Source of the DNA: Oscillospiraceae bacterium
GTDB lineage: Bacteria; Bacillota; Clostridia; Oscillospirales; Ruminococcaceae
NCBI GenBank assembly: GCA_045545795.1
Contig: JAZQBN010000043.1
Coordinates: 15,001-79,000 of the forward strand
Length of the DNA stretch: 64,000 bases
Direction of reading: 5' to 3'
Part shown: piece by piece, positions 20,268-29,241 of the stretch
How positions within the stretch are numbered: position 1 is the stretch's first letter
Layout: each line of letters opens with the position of its first letter
Position numbers and translations under genes: made by a program
The notes under the pieces: model-generated
Databases searched by the model: none
What the model saw: the letters and a program-made list of their open reading frames with translations, nothing else
Told to the model about the DNA's origin: nothing

Positions 20268-20414
20268 AGCGATTAACTCCTTCCATTCAGAAGCTTCGGC
20301 TCAGAGGCTCAAAGCCCCTGCCGATTCTTCTAATTTGATTTTAAATGTTATAACCACGCTGGAAGCATCAACGCTCCCGTGTGTATCGTGCTTAGTAAAT
20401 AACTCCTCAGGGAA

Positions 20415-20672
20415 TTACTTAGCCTGCTCGATAACCTTAACAAGTCTCCATCTCTTATCCTTGGAGATAGGTCTTGTTTCCATAATTTCTACGCGGTCAC
20501 CGATGTTGCACTGGTTGTTTTCATCGTGAGCCTTGAGCTTGATTGTTCTCTTGATGATTTTCTTGTACAGTGGGTGCTGTACGTTATCAACGATTGCAAC
20601 AACAATGGTCTTATCCATCTTGTTGGAAACTACCTTGCCAACTCTTGTTTTTCTAAGATTTCTTTCAGCCAT
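20415..20672 (-). CDS. rpsQ: 30S ribosomal protein S17
   Basis: ...[19 protein letters not shown].... Confidence 0.97.
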   Translation of the reverse strand: MAERNLRKTRVGKVVSNKMDKTIVVAIVDNVQHPLYKKIIKRTIKLKAHDENNQCNIGDRVEIMETRPISKDKRWRLVKVIEQAK

Positions 20673-20691
20673 TTTTGTTTCCTCCCTTCAC

Positions 20692-20889
20692 TTACTGTTC
20701 GGAAGCGGAACGTTCGCGGAGAATTGTCTTGATTCTTGCGATGTCCTTCTTCACAGCCTTAAGACGTGTAGGATTGTCGAGCTGATTTACAGCGTGCTGA
20801 AAACGAAGAGCAAAAAGCTCCTTCTTAAGATCGGCAAGCTTGCTTTCAAGCTCAACAGTAGTGAATTCTCTTACTTCTGCAGCCTTCAT
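20692..20889 (-). CDS. rpmC: 50S ribosomal protein L29
   Basis: [31 protein letters not shown]. Confidence 0.96.
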   Translation of the reverse strand: MKAAEVREFTTVELESKLADLKKELFALRFQHAVNQLDNPTRLKAVKKDIARIKTILRERSASEQ

Positions 20890-21308
20890 TATTCGCTCGC
20901 CTCCTCTTTCTTGATAAACTTACACTTGATTGGAAGCTTGTGCATAGCAAGACGCATAGCTTCTCTTGCAGTTTCTTCGGAAACACCTGCAATTTCAAAC
21001 ATTACTCTTCCCGGCTTAACAACTGCAACCCAGTATTCTGGTGAACCCTTACCGGAACCCATTCGTGTTTCAGCAGGCTTCTCTGTGATTGGCTTGTCAG
21101 GGAAAATCTTGATCCAAACCTGACCGCCTCTCTTGATATAACGTGTCATAGCGATACGGGCAGCCTCAATCTGATTGGAAGTAATCCATGCAGGCTCGAG
21201 CGCCTGAAGACCGAAATCACCGTTGGAAACCTTGTTTCCGCGGTAAGCCTTACCTGTAAGACGGCCTCTGTGTACTCTTCTGTACTTAACTCTCTTTGGA
21301 AGCAGCAT
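20889..21308 (-). CDS. rplP: 50S ribosomal protein L16
   Basis: [16 protein letters not shown]. Confidence 0.97.
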   Translation of the reverse strand: MLLPKRVKYRRVHRGRLTGKAYRGNKVSNGDFGLQALEPAWITSNQIEAARIAMTRYIKRGGQVWIKIFPDKPITEKPAETRMGSGKGSPEYWVAVVKPGRVMFEIAGVSEETAREAMRLAMHKLPIKCKFIKKEEASE

Positions 21309-22057
21309 TACTGATTACCTCCTTCTCTTCTTCTGTTGCCGCGGTTTTCACCGTTGCGGCGATTGTCGTTATTACGACGAGGCTTCTTTTCTGTTCTCTC
21401 AGCCATAGCTCTTGCCTTAGCAACGTCGCCCTTGAGAACTTCGCCCTTGTAAATCCAAACCTTTACACCGAGACGACCGTAAGTTGTTGCTGCCTCAGCA
21501 AAACCGTAGTCGATGTCAGCACGGATAGTCTGGAGTGGAATTGTACCTTCGTGATATGTCTCGGAACGAGCGATTTCAGCACCGCCAAGACGGCCGCTTA
21601 CCATAACCTTGATACCCTTAGCACCAAGCTTCATAGCTCTGCCGATAGCCTGCTTCATAGCTCTTCTGAAGGATACACGGTTTTCGAGCTGAGCTGCAAT
21701 GCTCTCAGCAACGAGCTGTGATTCCATATCAGGAGACTTAACTTCAACGATGTTGATAGCAACGGACTTCTTCATCATCTTTTCAACATCAAGACGAAGC
21801 TTTTCGATGTTCTCGCCGCCTCTGCCGATTACGATACCGGGCTTAGCGCAGTGAACGTGAATTCTAACCTTGTCTGCGAATCTTTCGATTTCAATCTTTG
21901 GAACGCCTGCTGCGTAAAGGTTTTTCTTGATATAGTTACGAACGTTGTAGTCCTCAACCAGTGTATCGCCGAAAGTTGCCTTGTTTGCAAACCAGCGGGA
22001 ATCCCAATTCTTAATAACGCCTACACGAAGACCGTGTGGATTAACTTTCTGTCCCAT
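21308..22057 (-). CDS. rpsC: 30S ribosomal protein S3 (Arg/Gly/Asn-rich C-terminal tail)
   Basis: [24 protein letters not shown]. Confidence 0.97.
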   Translation of the reverse strand: MGQKVNPHGLRVGVIKNWDSRWFANKATFGDTLVEDYNVRNYIKKNLYAAGVPKIEIERFADKVRIHVHCAKPGIVIGRGGENIEKLRLDVEKMMKKSVAINIVEVKSPDMESQLVAESIAAQLENRVSFRRAMKQAIGRAMKLGAKGIKVMVSGRLGGAEIARSETYHEGTIPLQTIRADIDYGFAEAATTYGRLGVKVWIYKGEVLKGDVAKARAMAERTEKKPRRNNDNRRNGENRGNRRREGGNQ

Positions 22058-22078
22058 TTAGTTTACCTCCCTTTCGAC

Positions 22079-22414
22079 TTATTCTCTTTCCTTTACCACA
22101 AGAGTAACATGGGAAGTTCTCTTGAGGATGCGGTATGCTCTGCCCTGTGCTCTAGGCATAATTCTCTTCATGATAGGTCCCGGGCAAACGAAACATTCGG
22201 ATACATAAAGGTTATCCTTATCCATACCGAAGTTGTTTTCTGCGTTTGCGATAGCGGACTTAAGAAGCTTCTCCAGGTATTCACAGGCAGATTTTGGTGT
22301 GTGCTGCAGAATCGCCATAGCTGTTTCTGTGTCCTTGCCTCTGATGAGGTCGAGAACGATCTGAACCTTTCTTGGTGCGATTCGAGCATTTTTAAGATAT
22401 GCTCTTGCTTCCAT
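22079..22414 (-). CDS. rplV: 50S ribosomal protein L22
   Basis: [27 protein letters not shown]. Confidence 0.97.
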   Translation of the reverse strand: MEARAYLKNARIAPRKVQIVLDLIRGKDTETAMAILQHTPKSACEYLEKLLKSAIANAENNFGMDKDNLYVSECFVCPGPIMKRIMPRAQGRAYRILKRTSHVTLVVKERE

Positions 22415-22434
22415 TTTAATTTCTCCTCTCTGCC

Positions 22435-22719
22435 TTATTTCTTACCATTGTTGGATGTCTTGGAGCCTGCGTGGCCCTTGTAGGTTCTTGTTGGTGCGAA
22501 TTCACCAAGCTTGTGACCTACCATATCTTCTGTAACGTATACAGGAACGTGCTTTCTGCCGTCATGAACAGCGAATGTATGACCTACGAAGTCAGGGAAA
22601 ATTGTAGAAGAACGGCTCCAAGTCTTGAGAACCTTCTTTTCGCCAGCTTCGTTCATAGCGATTACTCTCTTGAGAAGGACCTCCTGGACGTATGGTCCCT
22701 TCTTAACGCTTCTGCTCAT
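22435..22719 (-). CDS. rpsS: 30S ribosomal protein S19
   Basis: True start is the internal [11 protein letters not shown] of the longer track ORF. Confidence 0.96.
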   Translation of the reverse strand: MSRSVKKGPYVQEVLLKRVIAMNEAGEKKVLKTWSRSSTIFPDFVGHTFAVHDGRKHVPVYVTEDMVGHKLGEFAPTRTYKGHAGSKTSNNGKK

Positions 22720-22822
22720 TGGTTTTCCTCCCCTCTGATTTTGCGAGGCAAGATGCACGGGAGAACTTGCTCCCGAACATTCCTCTTTATGATTCAATGA
22801 GATTTTTGGTTTACAGTAAATC

Positions 22823-23656
22823 TTATTTACCGTTTCTTCTCTTAACGATGAACTTGTCTGTTCTGTGGTGCTTCTTTCTGGTCTTATAACCAAGAGCTGG
22901 CTTGCCCCATGGTGTAACAGGACCCGGACGACCAACAGGAGACTTACCTTCACCACCACCGTGTGGGTGGTCGCATGGGTTCATTACAGAACCACGAACT
23001 GTAGGTCTGATGCCGAGGTGACGAGTTCTACCAGCCTTACCGATGCTTACATTTTCGTGGTCAATGTTGGAAACCTGACCAACTGTAGCCATACAGTTTG
23101 CTGGAATCTTTCTCATTTCACCGGATGGAAGTCTTACGAGAACGTAAGCTTCTTCCTTACCCATAAGCTGTGCCATGTTACCGGCAGCACGAACGAGCTG
23201 AGCGCCCTTGCCAGGGTAAAGTTCGATGTTGTGAATGAATGTACCAACAGGGATGTCGCAGAGTGCAAGTGCGTTACCAGGCTTGATATCTGCATCCTTA
23301 CCGCTGGAGATTACATCGCCGACAGCGAGACCGTTTGGAGCGATGATGTATCTCTTTTCGCCGTCCTCGTACTGAACGAGAGCGATGAATGCACTTCTGT
23401 TTGGATCGTATTCAAGAGTGAGCACTGTAGCGCTCATATTCATCTTGTCTCTCTTGAAGTCGATAATTCTGTACTTTCTTCTGTTTCCGCCGCCTCTGTG
23501 ACGAACGGTGATTCTGCCGTAGCTGTTTCTGCCGGCTGTCTTCTTAAGAGGAGCGAGAAGGCTCTTCTCAGGCTCTACCTTAGAGAGGCAGCTGTAATCA
23601 GTAACAGTCATCTGACGTCTTGCAGGCGTCGTTGGCTTATATGATTTAATTGCCAT
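22823..23656 (-). CDS. rplB: 50S ribosomal protein L2
   Basis: [14 protein letters not shown]...HPHGGGEGK. Confidence 0.97.
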   Translation of the reverse strand: MAIKSYKPTTPARRQMTVTDYSCLSKVEPEKSLLAPLKKTAGRNSYGRITVRHRGGGNRRKYRIIDFKRDKMNMSATVLTLEYDPNRSAFIALVQYEDGEKRYIIAPNGLAVGDVISSGKDADIKPGNALALCDIPVGTFIHNIELYPGKGAQLVRAAGNMAQLMGKEEAYVLVRLPSGEMRKIPANCMATVGQVSNIDHENVSIGKAGRTRHLGIRPTVRGSVMNPCDHPHGGGEGKSPVGRPGPVTPWGKPALGYKTRKKHHRTDKFIVKRRNGK

Positions 23657-23732
23657 TGCAGGTCATCTCCTTATCTTATTTTGCGATGTTTTGCGGAAGC
23701 TGTCCCTTCCATACTTACTCTTTAAGGAGTAA

Positions 23733-24023
23733 TTACATCATACCATCGAAGAATTCGATAGTCTTGGAACCTTCAGCAAGAGTAACGATTGCTTTCTTCC
23801 AGTTAGGTGTGTAGCCTCTGCTCATACCCATTCTCTTAGCACGTCCTCTTACGTTCATGGTATTTACCTTAGCAACCTTAACGCCGAAGAGTTCCTCAAC
23901 TGCCTTAGCAATTTCAATCTTGTTAGCGTTCTTAGCTACTTTAAAGGTGTACTTGTTTTCCTGGAGGCCTTCCATGCTCTTTTCAGTGATGATAGGCTTG
24001 ATTACGATATCCTGTGCCAGCAT
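23733..24023 (-). CDS. rplW: 50S ribosomal protein L23
   Basis: ...[13 protein letters not shown]..., between rplD and rplB. Confidence 0.96.
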   Translation of the reverse strand: MLAQDIVIKPIITEKSMEGLQENKYTFKVAKNANKIEIAKAVEELFGVKVAKVNTMNVRGRAKRMGMSRGYTPNWKKAIVTLAEGSKTIEFFDGMM

Positions 24024-24649
24024 TATGCGTACACCTCCTCAATCTTAGCAACTGCATCCTTAACAACGATGAACTTGTCGTAGTTGAGAATGTCGTATAC
24101 ATTAATAGTGTTTACGAGAGCTGTCTTAACACCAGGGATGTTAGCTGCACTCTTGATTACGCAGTTGTCAACCTCAGGCATTACGATGAGAGCCTTCTTG
24201 CCCTCTGCCTCAATAGCCTTGAGCATTGCAATGATAGTCTTTGTCTTGTATTCTTCCATCTTGATAGAATCGAGAACAATCATATTGTTGTCGAGTACCT
24301 TTGTGGAAAGAGCAGACTTCATAGCAAGTCTCTTGAGCTTCTTGTTTACTGTGAAACGGTAGCTTCTTGGCTTAGGTCCGAGAGCGATACCACCGTGTGT
24401 CCACTGTGGAGCACGGATGGAACCCTGTCTTGCGTGACCTGTACCCTTCTGTCTCCAAGGCTTTCTTCCGCCGCCTCTTACCTCTGTACGAGTGAGAGTA
24501 GACTGTGTACCCTGTCTCTGATTAGCGAGATAGTTTACAACCATTGTGTGCATAGCGGATTCGTTTGGAGTGATACCGAAAATTGCATCAGACAGCTCAA
24601 TGTTGGAAACCTCTTTACCTGTCATATCCAGAACTTTAATACTAGGCAT
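24023..24649 (-). CDS. rplD: 50S ribosomal protein L4
   Basis: ...[26 protein letters not shown]. Confidence 0.97.
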   Translation of the reverse strand: MPSIKVLDMTGKEVSNIELSDAIFGITPNESAMHTMVVNYLANQRQGTQSTLTRTEVRGGGRKPWRQKGTGHARQGSIRAPQWTHGGIALGPKPRSYRFTVNKKLKRLAMKSALSTKVLDNNMIVLDSIKMEEYKTKTIIAMLKAIEAEGKKALIVMPEVDNCVIKSAANIPGVKTALVNTINVYDILNYDKFIVVKDAVAKIEEVYA

Positions 24650-24667
24650 TTCTGCTTCCTCCTTCCA

Positions 24668-25309
24668 TTAAGCCTTTTTCTTTACGCAGTCGCAAATGGT
24701 GATGATACCATTCTTAGGACCCGGGATAGCACCCTTAACTGCGATAAGATTGTTTTCAGCGTCAACCTTAACAACTTCAAGATTCTGTACAGTAACCTTC
24801 TCTGCACCCATGTGACCAGGGAGCTTCTTGCCCTTGAAAATACGGGAAGGAGAGGAACATGCGCCCATAGAACCAGCGTGTCTGTGAACAGGACCGGAAC
24901 CGTGAGTTTCCTTGATTCTGGAGTTGTTGTTCTTCTTTACAGTACCCTGATAACCCTTACCCTTGGAAGTACCGCTTACATCAACGATGTCGCCTACTTC
25001 GAAGGAATCTGCCTTCAGGATTGTACCTACTTCAATTTCTTCAGCGTTGTCGAGTCTGAACTCCTTGAGAGTTCTCTTAACTGCAACGTCTGCCTTTGCA
25101 AAGTGACCCTTGATTGGCTTGTTAGCAAGCTTTTCTCTGAGGTCACCGAAGCCGAGCTGTACAGCGCTGTAACCGTCGTTTTCAACAGTCTTCTTCTGAA
25201 CTACAACGCATGGACCGACTTCTACAACAGTCAAGGGAATTACCTTGTTTGTTGCTTCATCGAAAATCTGTGTCATACCGATTTTCTTACCGATGAGTGC
25301 CTTTGTCAT
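24668..25309 (-). CDS. rplC: 50S ribosomal protein L3
   Basis: [16 protein letters not shown]. Start at the ATG behind a GGAGG RBS. Confidence 0.96.
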   Translation of the reverse strand: MTKALIGKKIGMTQIFDEATNKVIPLTVVEVGPCVVVQKKTVENDGYSAVQLGFGDLREKLANKPIKGHFAKADVAVKRTLKEFRLDNAEEIEVGTILKADSFEVGDIVDVSGTSKGKGYQGTVKKNNNSRIKETHGSGPVHRHAGSMGACSSPSRIFKGKKLPGHMGAEKVTVQNLEVVKVDAENNLIAVKGAIPGPKNGIITICDCVKKKA

Positions 25310-25379
25310 ACTTTTTCCTCCTTTGGTTATTGGTTGCATTTCTGCAACATGACCTGCGAGTCAACATTTTTGGGAAATC

Positions 25380-25694
25380 TTACTTAATTTCCATTACAAC
25401 GTCAACGCCGGCAGGAAGTTCAAGACCCTGCAGTGCTTCCATAGACTTATCAGAAGGTCTGATAACGTCGATGAGTCTCTTGTGAGTTCTCATTTCGAAC
25501 TGCTCACGGCTATCCTTGTACTTGTGTACAGCACGGAGAATTGTGATAATTTCCTTGTCTGTAGGAAGTGGGATAGGACCGCTTACTCTTGCACCGCTGC
25601 GCTTAGCTGCTTCAACAATCTTAGCTGCTGCTGCATCAACTACTGCGTGGTCGTAACCTTTGATTTTGATTCTGATTTTTTCATTGACTGCCAT
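25380..25694 (-). CDS. rpsJ: 30S ribosomal protein S10
   Basis: [16 protein letters not shown]...; first gene of the cluster. Confidence 0.97.
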   Translation of the reverse strand: MAVNEKIRIKIKGYDHAVVDAAAAKIVEAAKRSGARVSGPIPLPTDKEIITILRAVHKYKDSREQFEMRTHKRLIDVIRPSDKSMEALQGLELPAGVDVVMEIK

Positions 25695-25820
25695 TAAAAT
25701 CGCCTCCTAATTAATCTCGATGATGTTTTCGGGGACGAGGTTTGTGATATTCGCTTTACGTCATTTTCGCAACGCACACCTGCGTTTACACGCTTCCGTG
25801 CGTTTCGCGACCAACTTATT

Positions 25821-25851
25821 AAAAAACCCGAAAAACAAGCTGTTTTCCGAG
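25821..25851 (-). terminator. intrinsic terminator/attenuator inside the region upstream of rpsJ
   Basis: Minus strand CTCGGAAAACA-gct-TGTTTTTCGGG (11 bp including G-U pairs) followed by TTTTTT. Confidence 0.65.
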
Positions 25852-26082
25852 TACATTCAAACACAAGCTTACCTTTGGGCAGACACAGGACTCCCCACGG
25901 TTTAAGCACAGACAGTGTTCGATATCACAGCCGCCCGACTCTCAGGTCAGACATACTCCACGGAAATTCCCCTGCAAACCGCAGGCCACCTTCCGCTTCC
26001 TCGCAAAAACATATAAAATACGGTGTAATCAGCCACCGTAAACAGCTACAATTTCTGTAACTGTCGCAGTCACGCAAGAAAT

Positions 26083-26111
26083 ATTATAGCACCAAAACCA
26101 CGCAATTGCAA
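26083..26111 (-). promoter_or_regulatory. near-consensus sigma-A promoter reading toward rpsJ
   Basis: Minus strand TTGCAA-17 nt-TATAAT. -35 at 26106-26111, -10 at 26083-26088. Confidence 0.6.
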
Positions 26112-26256
26112 GGGTTTGGTGCTATTTTTCAAACTTTTTGGCGTAGAATTTAAGAGAATTTGCAAACCGATTTTTGTGCAGTTTAACGAAACCAATTACA
26201 CCCCGTATAAACCACGCAAAACAAGGGCATACTCAATAACTTACGGTAATAAATCC

Positions 26257-26322
26257 GTTCGGCGAAGCCGAACACCTTAATTATTCACTATTCATTATTC
26301 ACCATTCATTATTCATTATTCT
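26257..26322. repeat. half copy of the composite palindromic repeat family (one GC hairpin + TATTCACTATTCATTATTC arm)
   Basis: GTTCGGC-gaa-GCCGAAC followed by ACACCTTAATTATTCACTATTCATTATTCACCATTCATTATTCATTATTC. The arm is homologous to those at 36165-36202 and 41631-41674. Confidence 0.7.
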
Positions 26323-26976
26323 CTATCCAAGCGGATTTTCCAACTCAGCAACCGAATTCACGTCCAGCACCTCAACCATATAAGCATAGCCGCTTTCGCC
26401 GTCCGTGTTGCGTTGAGTGAAATTAACGAAATTGCCGTCCGCATCAAAGGTGTAGGTCGTCACAAAGCTGTCAAGGGAAGTCCCCATAGCCTCGTTGATT
26501 TTCTCTGCATCATAAATATAGGTGTAGGTCACATTGCCGTCACTGTCCGTTTCAGCACTTGACCCCGACGCATAGAGATTTACATAGAAAAGCAGGTTGC
26601 CCGCAGAGTAGGGGTGAGGATTTTCTGCGGTATAGGAAACGTACCCCTCATCGTCATCAGTGCATATGCTGACGCTTTCATCATCAATCCTGTAAAAAAG
26701 TCCGCCGTCACTGTATTCCACATAAGCCGTGCCGTCAGCAATGCTTTCATAAAGGTAGCTCTGCGTGCCGTCCTCATTATTGATAAAGGTGAACACGCTG
26801 TCCGCCTCGCCCGTGTCAAGGTTTGTCAGCACATAGCAGCCGCTCTGCCAGCCTGCTGCCTCAGCAATAAACGCCTCGACCTGCTCACGTCCCTCAAGCT
26901 CCACAACCTTTTTCAGCGAGCAGCCTGACAAACACATTACACATATTAATAATAGTATAGGAACAATTCTTTTCAT
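26323..26976 (-). CDS. lipoprotein of unknown function
   Basis: MKRIVPILLLICVMCLSGCS lipobox (L-S-G-C). Acidic, Tyr/Thr-rich mature part. Confidence 0.7.
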   Translation of the reverse strand: MKRIVPILLLICVMCLSGCSLKKVVELEGREQVEAFIAEAAGWQSGCYVLTNLDTGEADSVFTFINNEDGTQSYLYESIADGTAYVEYSDGGLFYRIDDESVSICTDDDEGYVSYTAENPHPYSAGNLLFYVNLYASGSSAETDSDGNVTYTYIYDAEKINEAMGTSLDSFVTTYTFDADGNFVNFTQRNTDGESGYAYMVEVLDVNSVAELENPLG

Positions 26977-27044
26977 TCCGCACCTCATATTGCAAAGGAC
27001 GACCGAAGCCGCCCCTTCAAAATCAAACTAAAACTTAAACATTA

Positions 27045-27188
27045 CACAAAGCCGCAATGTTGTGCCAACTATGCCAATGTATTTTCGCACCACAATGAAA
27101 GTTACAATGTTGTGCTAACTGTGCGATGTATTTTCGCAATCCAACGCAAAGCCGTAACGTTGTGCAAACTACGGCGTTTTTGTGAAGC
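27045..27188. repeat. ~48-bp tandem repeat, about 3 degenerate units
   Basis: Units share the core AAAGCCGYAAYGTTGTGCNAACT...GTATTTTCGCA. They start near 27045, 27091 and 27142. Confidence 0.6.
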
Positions 27189-27197
27189 AAAAACCCG

Positions 27198-27220
27198 TAA
27201 ACGAACGCTTGCGTTCGTTT
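27198..27220 (-). terminator. proS terminator built on the recurrent ACGAACGC-nn-GCGTTCGT palindrome
   Basis: Minus strand AAACGAACGC-aa-GCGTTCGTTT, then ACGGGTTTTT. Confidence 0.65.
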
Positions 27221-28665
27221 TAATAAGCTTTACCCCAATAAACCATAGTCTTGGCAGGCTTGCCGCAGCAAACGCACTTATCGGAAAGATTATCCTGCTC
27301 GAAAGGAATACATCTTGAACCAACGCCTGTTACTTCCTTGACCTTGTCTTCACATTCCTCATCGCCGCACCACATTGCCTTTACGAAGCCGTCGCCGTTC
27401 TGTTCAAGTGCGGAAACAATTTCGTCCATAGTTGTGCAGGAGTAAGTGTGCTTTTCACGGTTTTCGAGAGCCTTGTTAAACATTCCCTCGGGAATTTCCT
27501 TGCCGAGCATATCAAGTACAGCGTCAACCACGTTGTCAAGCATTACATCACGCTTAGCGCCGTTGTATCTTGTAGCAGCAACACACTTGTTATTCTCAAT
27601 GTCCTTAGGACCGATTTCAATTCTTACAGGTACGCCCTTCATTTCGTACTCAGCAAACTTCCAGCCGGGGGAGTTCTCGCTGTCGTCAATTTTGACGCGT
27701 ACACCAACAGCCTTGAGCTGGTTTGCGATTTCCTCAGCCTTGTCAAGAACGCCTTCCTTGTGCTGCTGAATAGGAATGATAACAGCCTGAATCGGTGCAA
27801 CAGCAGGCGGAAGAACAAGACCGTTGTTGTCGCCGTGTGTCATAATGATAGCACCGATAAGACGTGTTGTAACGCCCCAGGAAGTCTGGTGAGGGAACAC
27901 CTTCTTGTTTTCCTTGTCGGTGTACATAATTTCAAATGCCTTTGCAAAGCCGTCGCCGAAGTAGTGGGAAGTACCTGCCTGAAGTGCCTTGCCGTCGTGC
28001 ATAAGTGCTTCAATAGCATAAGTAGCTTCTGCACCTGCAAACTTGTCGCTTTCGGTTTTCTTGCCCTTTACAACAGGCATAGCAAGAGACTTTTCACAGA
28101 ACTCAGCGTAAACATTGAGCATCTTTTCTGTTTCCACGATAGCTTCCTCAGCTGTAGCGTGGATTGTGTGACCCTCCTGCCAGAGGAATTCTCTTGAACG
28201 GAGGAATGGACGTGTAGTCTTTTCCCATCTTACAACGGAAACCCACTGATTGTAAAGCTTTGGCAGGTCACGGTAGGAGTGAATGATGTTAGCGTAGTGC
28301 TCACAGAAAAGTGTTTCGGAAGTAGGACGTACGCAAAGTCTGTCCTCAAGCTTTTCTGAGCCGCCGTGTGTAACCCACGCAACCTCAGGAGCAAAGCCTT
28401 CAACGTGGTCCTTTTCCTTCTGGAGCAGGCTCTCAGGAATGAACATAGGCATACAAACATTTTCGTGACCTGTAGCCTTGAACATACCGTCAAGAATTCT
28501 CTGCATATTTTCCCAGATAGCGTAACCGTAAGGACGGATTACCATACAGCCCTTAACAGAGGTGTATTCGATAAGCTCTGCCTTCTTAACAATATCGGTG
28601 TACCACTTTGCGAAGTCCTCGTCCATAGAGGTTATCGCTTCAACTAACTTTTTATCCTTAGCCAT
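27220..28665 (-). CDS. proS: proline--tRNA ligase (archaeal/eukaryote-like short type)
   Basis: [24 protein letters not shown]...RPTSET...[13 protein letters not shown]...[18 protein letters not shown]. Start set at the internal ATG after an AGGAAG RBS. Confidence 0.92.
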   Translation of the reverse strand: MAKDKKLVEAITSMDEDFAKWYTDIVKKAELIEYTSVKGCMVIRPYGYAIWENMQRILDGMFKATGHENVCMPMFIPESLLQKEKDHVEGFAPEVAWVTHGGSEKLEDRLCVRPTSETLFCEHYANIIHSYRDLPKLYNQWVSVVRWEKTTRPFLRSREFLWQEGHTIHATAEEAIVETEKMLNVYAEFCEKSLAMPVVKGKKTESDKFAGAEATYAIEALMHDGKALQAGTSHYFGDGFAKAFEIMYTDKENKKVFPHQTSWGVTTRLIGAIIMTHGDNNGLVLPPAVAPIQAVIIPIQQHKEGVLDKAEEIANQLKAVGVRVKIDDSENSPGWKFAEYEMKGVPVRIEIGPKDIENNKCVAATRYNGAKRDVMLDNVVDAVLDMLGKEIPEGMFNKALENREKHTYSCTTMDEIVSALEQNGDGFVKAMWCGDEECEDKVKEVTGVGSRCIPFEQDNLSDKCVCCGKPAKTMVYWGKAY

Positions 28666-28763
28666 TTTAATCTTCCTTTCTGAGTTTTGCGGTTTTGCTT
28701 GCAAAATTTCAGATGAAATCTGAAAAGCAAAACTCGCAATTTAAAAATTTATAATTTTTAAAT

Positions 28764-29051
28764 TTATTCTCCTTTGTCTGTGTTTTCAGATTTATTTTCA
28801 TCTTTGACAAGTCCGCTTTTTGCACCGTCGGGACGGTCCTCAAACAAGCTGTAGACCTTGTAATTATCCTCGTTAACTTCCTGCACCCTTTCGGGACTCG
28901 GGTCGGCAGGCTTGCCCATAAGCTTGTCAACAACCTTTGCAAGCTTCGGAGTAAGCAGAGCGATTACCCATACCAGCATAAGAAGTCCCAGCATAGCCGC
29001 ACCAAACTTGCCGTAAATCGCCAGCGACTCATAATTTATCTCCAAAAGCAC
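28764..29051 (-). CDS. small single-TM protein, unknown function
   Basis: 95 aa with one hydrophobic helix (AAMLGLLMLVWVIALL). GTG start 7 nt after AAAGGAG. Confidence 0.5.
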   Translation of the reverse strand: MLLEINYESLAIYGKFGAAMLGLLMLVWVIALLTPKLAKVVDKLMGKPADPSPERVQEVNEDNYKVYSLFEDRPDGAKSGLVKDENKSENTDKGE

Positions 29052-29178
29052 CTGCCCAGCTCCTTTCGCAAAAGATAAAATAATTATAGCACATCTTTTT
29101 TGAAATTACAACAGCAATGCATTAAAATTTTGGAAAGTCCGTCTTTTAATTCCGTCAGCATTCTTTTTCATATTTTAA

Positions 29179-29207
29179 TTGCAATGACAGCAGAGATATG
29201 CTATAAT
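29179..29207 (+). promoter_or_regulatory. near-consensus sigma-A promoter of the GH95 gene
   Basis: TTGCAA-17 nt-TATAAT. Confidence 0.6.
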
Positions 29208-29241
29208 TAACACAAATATCAAACGGAAACGAGGGAATTTT

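Noticed and set aside
20268-20414. Unusually long (about 100-150 nt) spacers inside the ribosomal cluster (rpsQ-rplN, rplF-rplR, rplB-rpsS), considered as possible internal regulatory RNAs.
   Set aside because: Only short generic hairpins are seen (for example CGGGAG-caagtt-CTCCCG). There is no recognisable motif or repeat. The evidence is insufficient without comparative data.
25700-26110. SRP RNA, RNase P RNA, TPP/ykkC riboswitch or T-box in the rpsJ upstream region.
   Set aside because: The hallmark motifs are not present on either strand: GGUCCGGAAGGAAGCAGC, GAGGAAAGUCC, CUGAGA...GCGUAGGGA, GGUCCGAGAG...ACACGG and the T-box sequence. Only partial look-alikes occur (CCUGAGAG). The region is kept as an unclassified structured RNA in the findings.
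28666-28763. T-box leader upstream of proS.
   Set aside because: Only about 100 nt are available before the next gene, too short for a T-box. The sequence forms a simple terminator-like hairpin for the upstream small gene.
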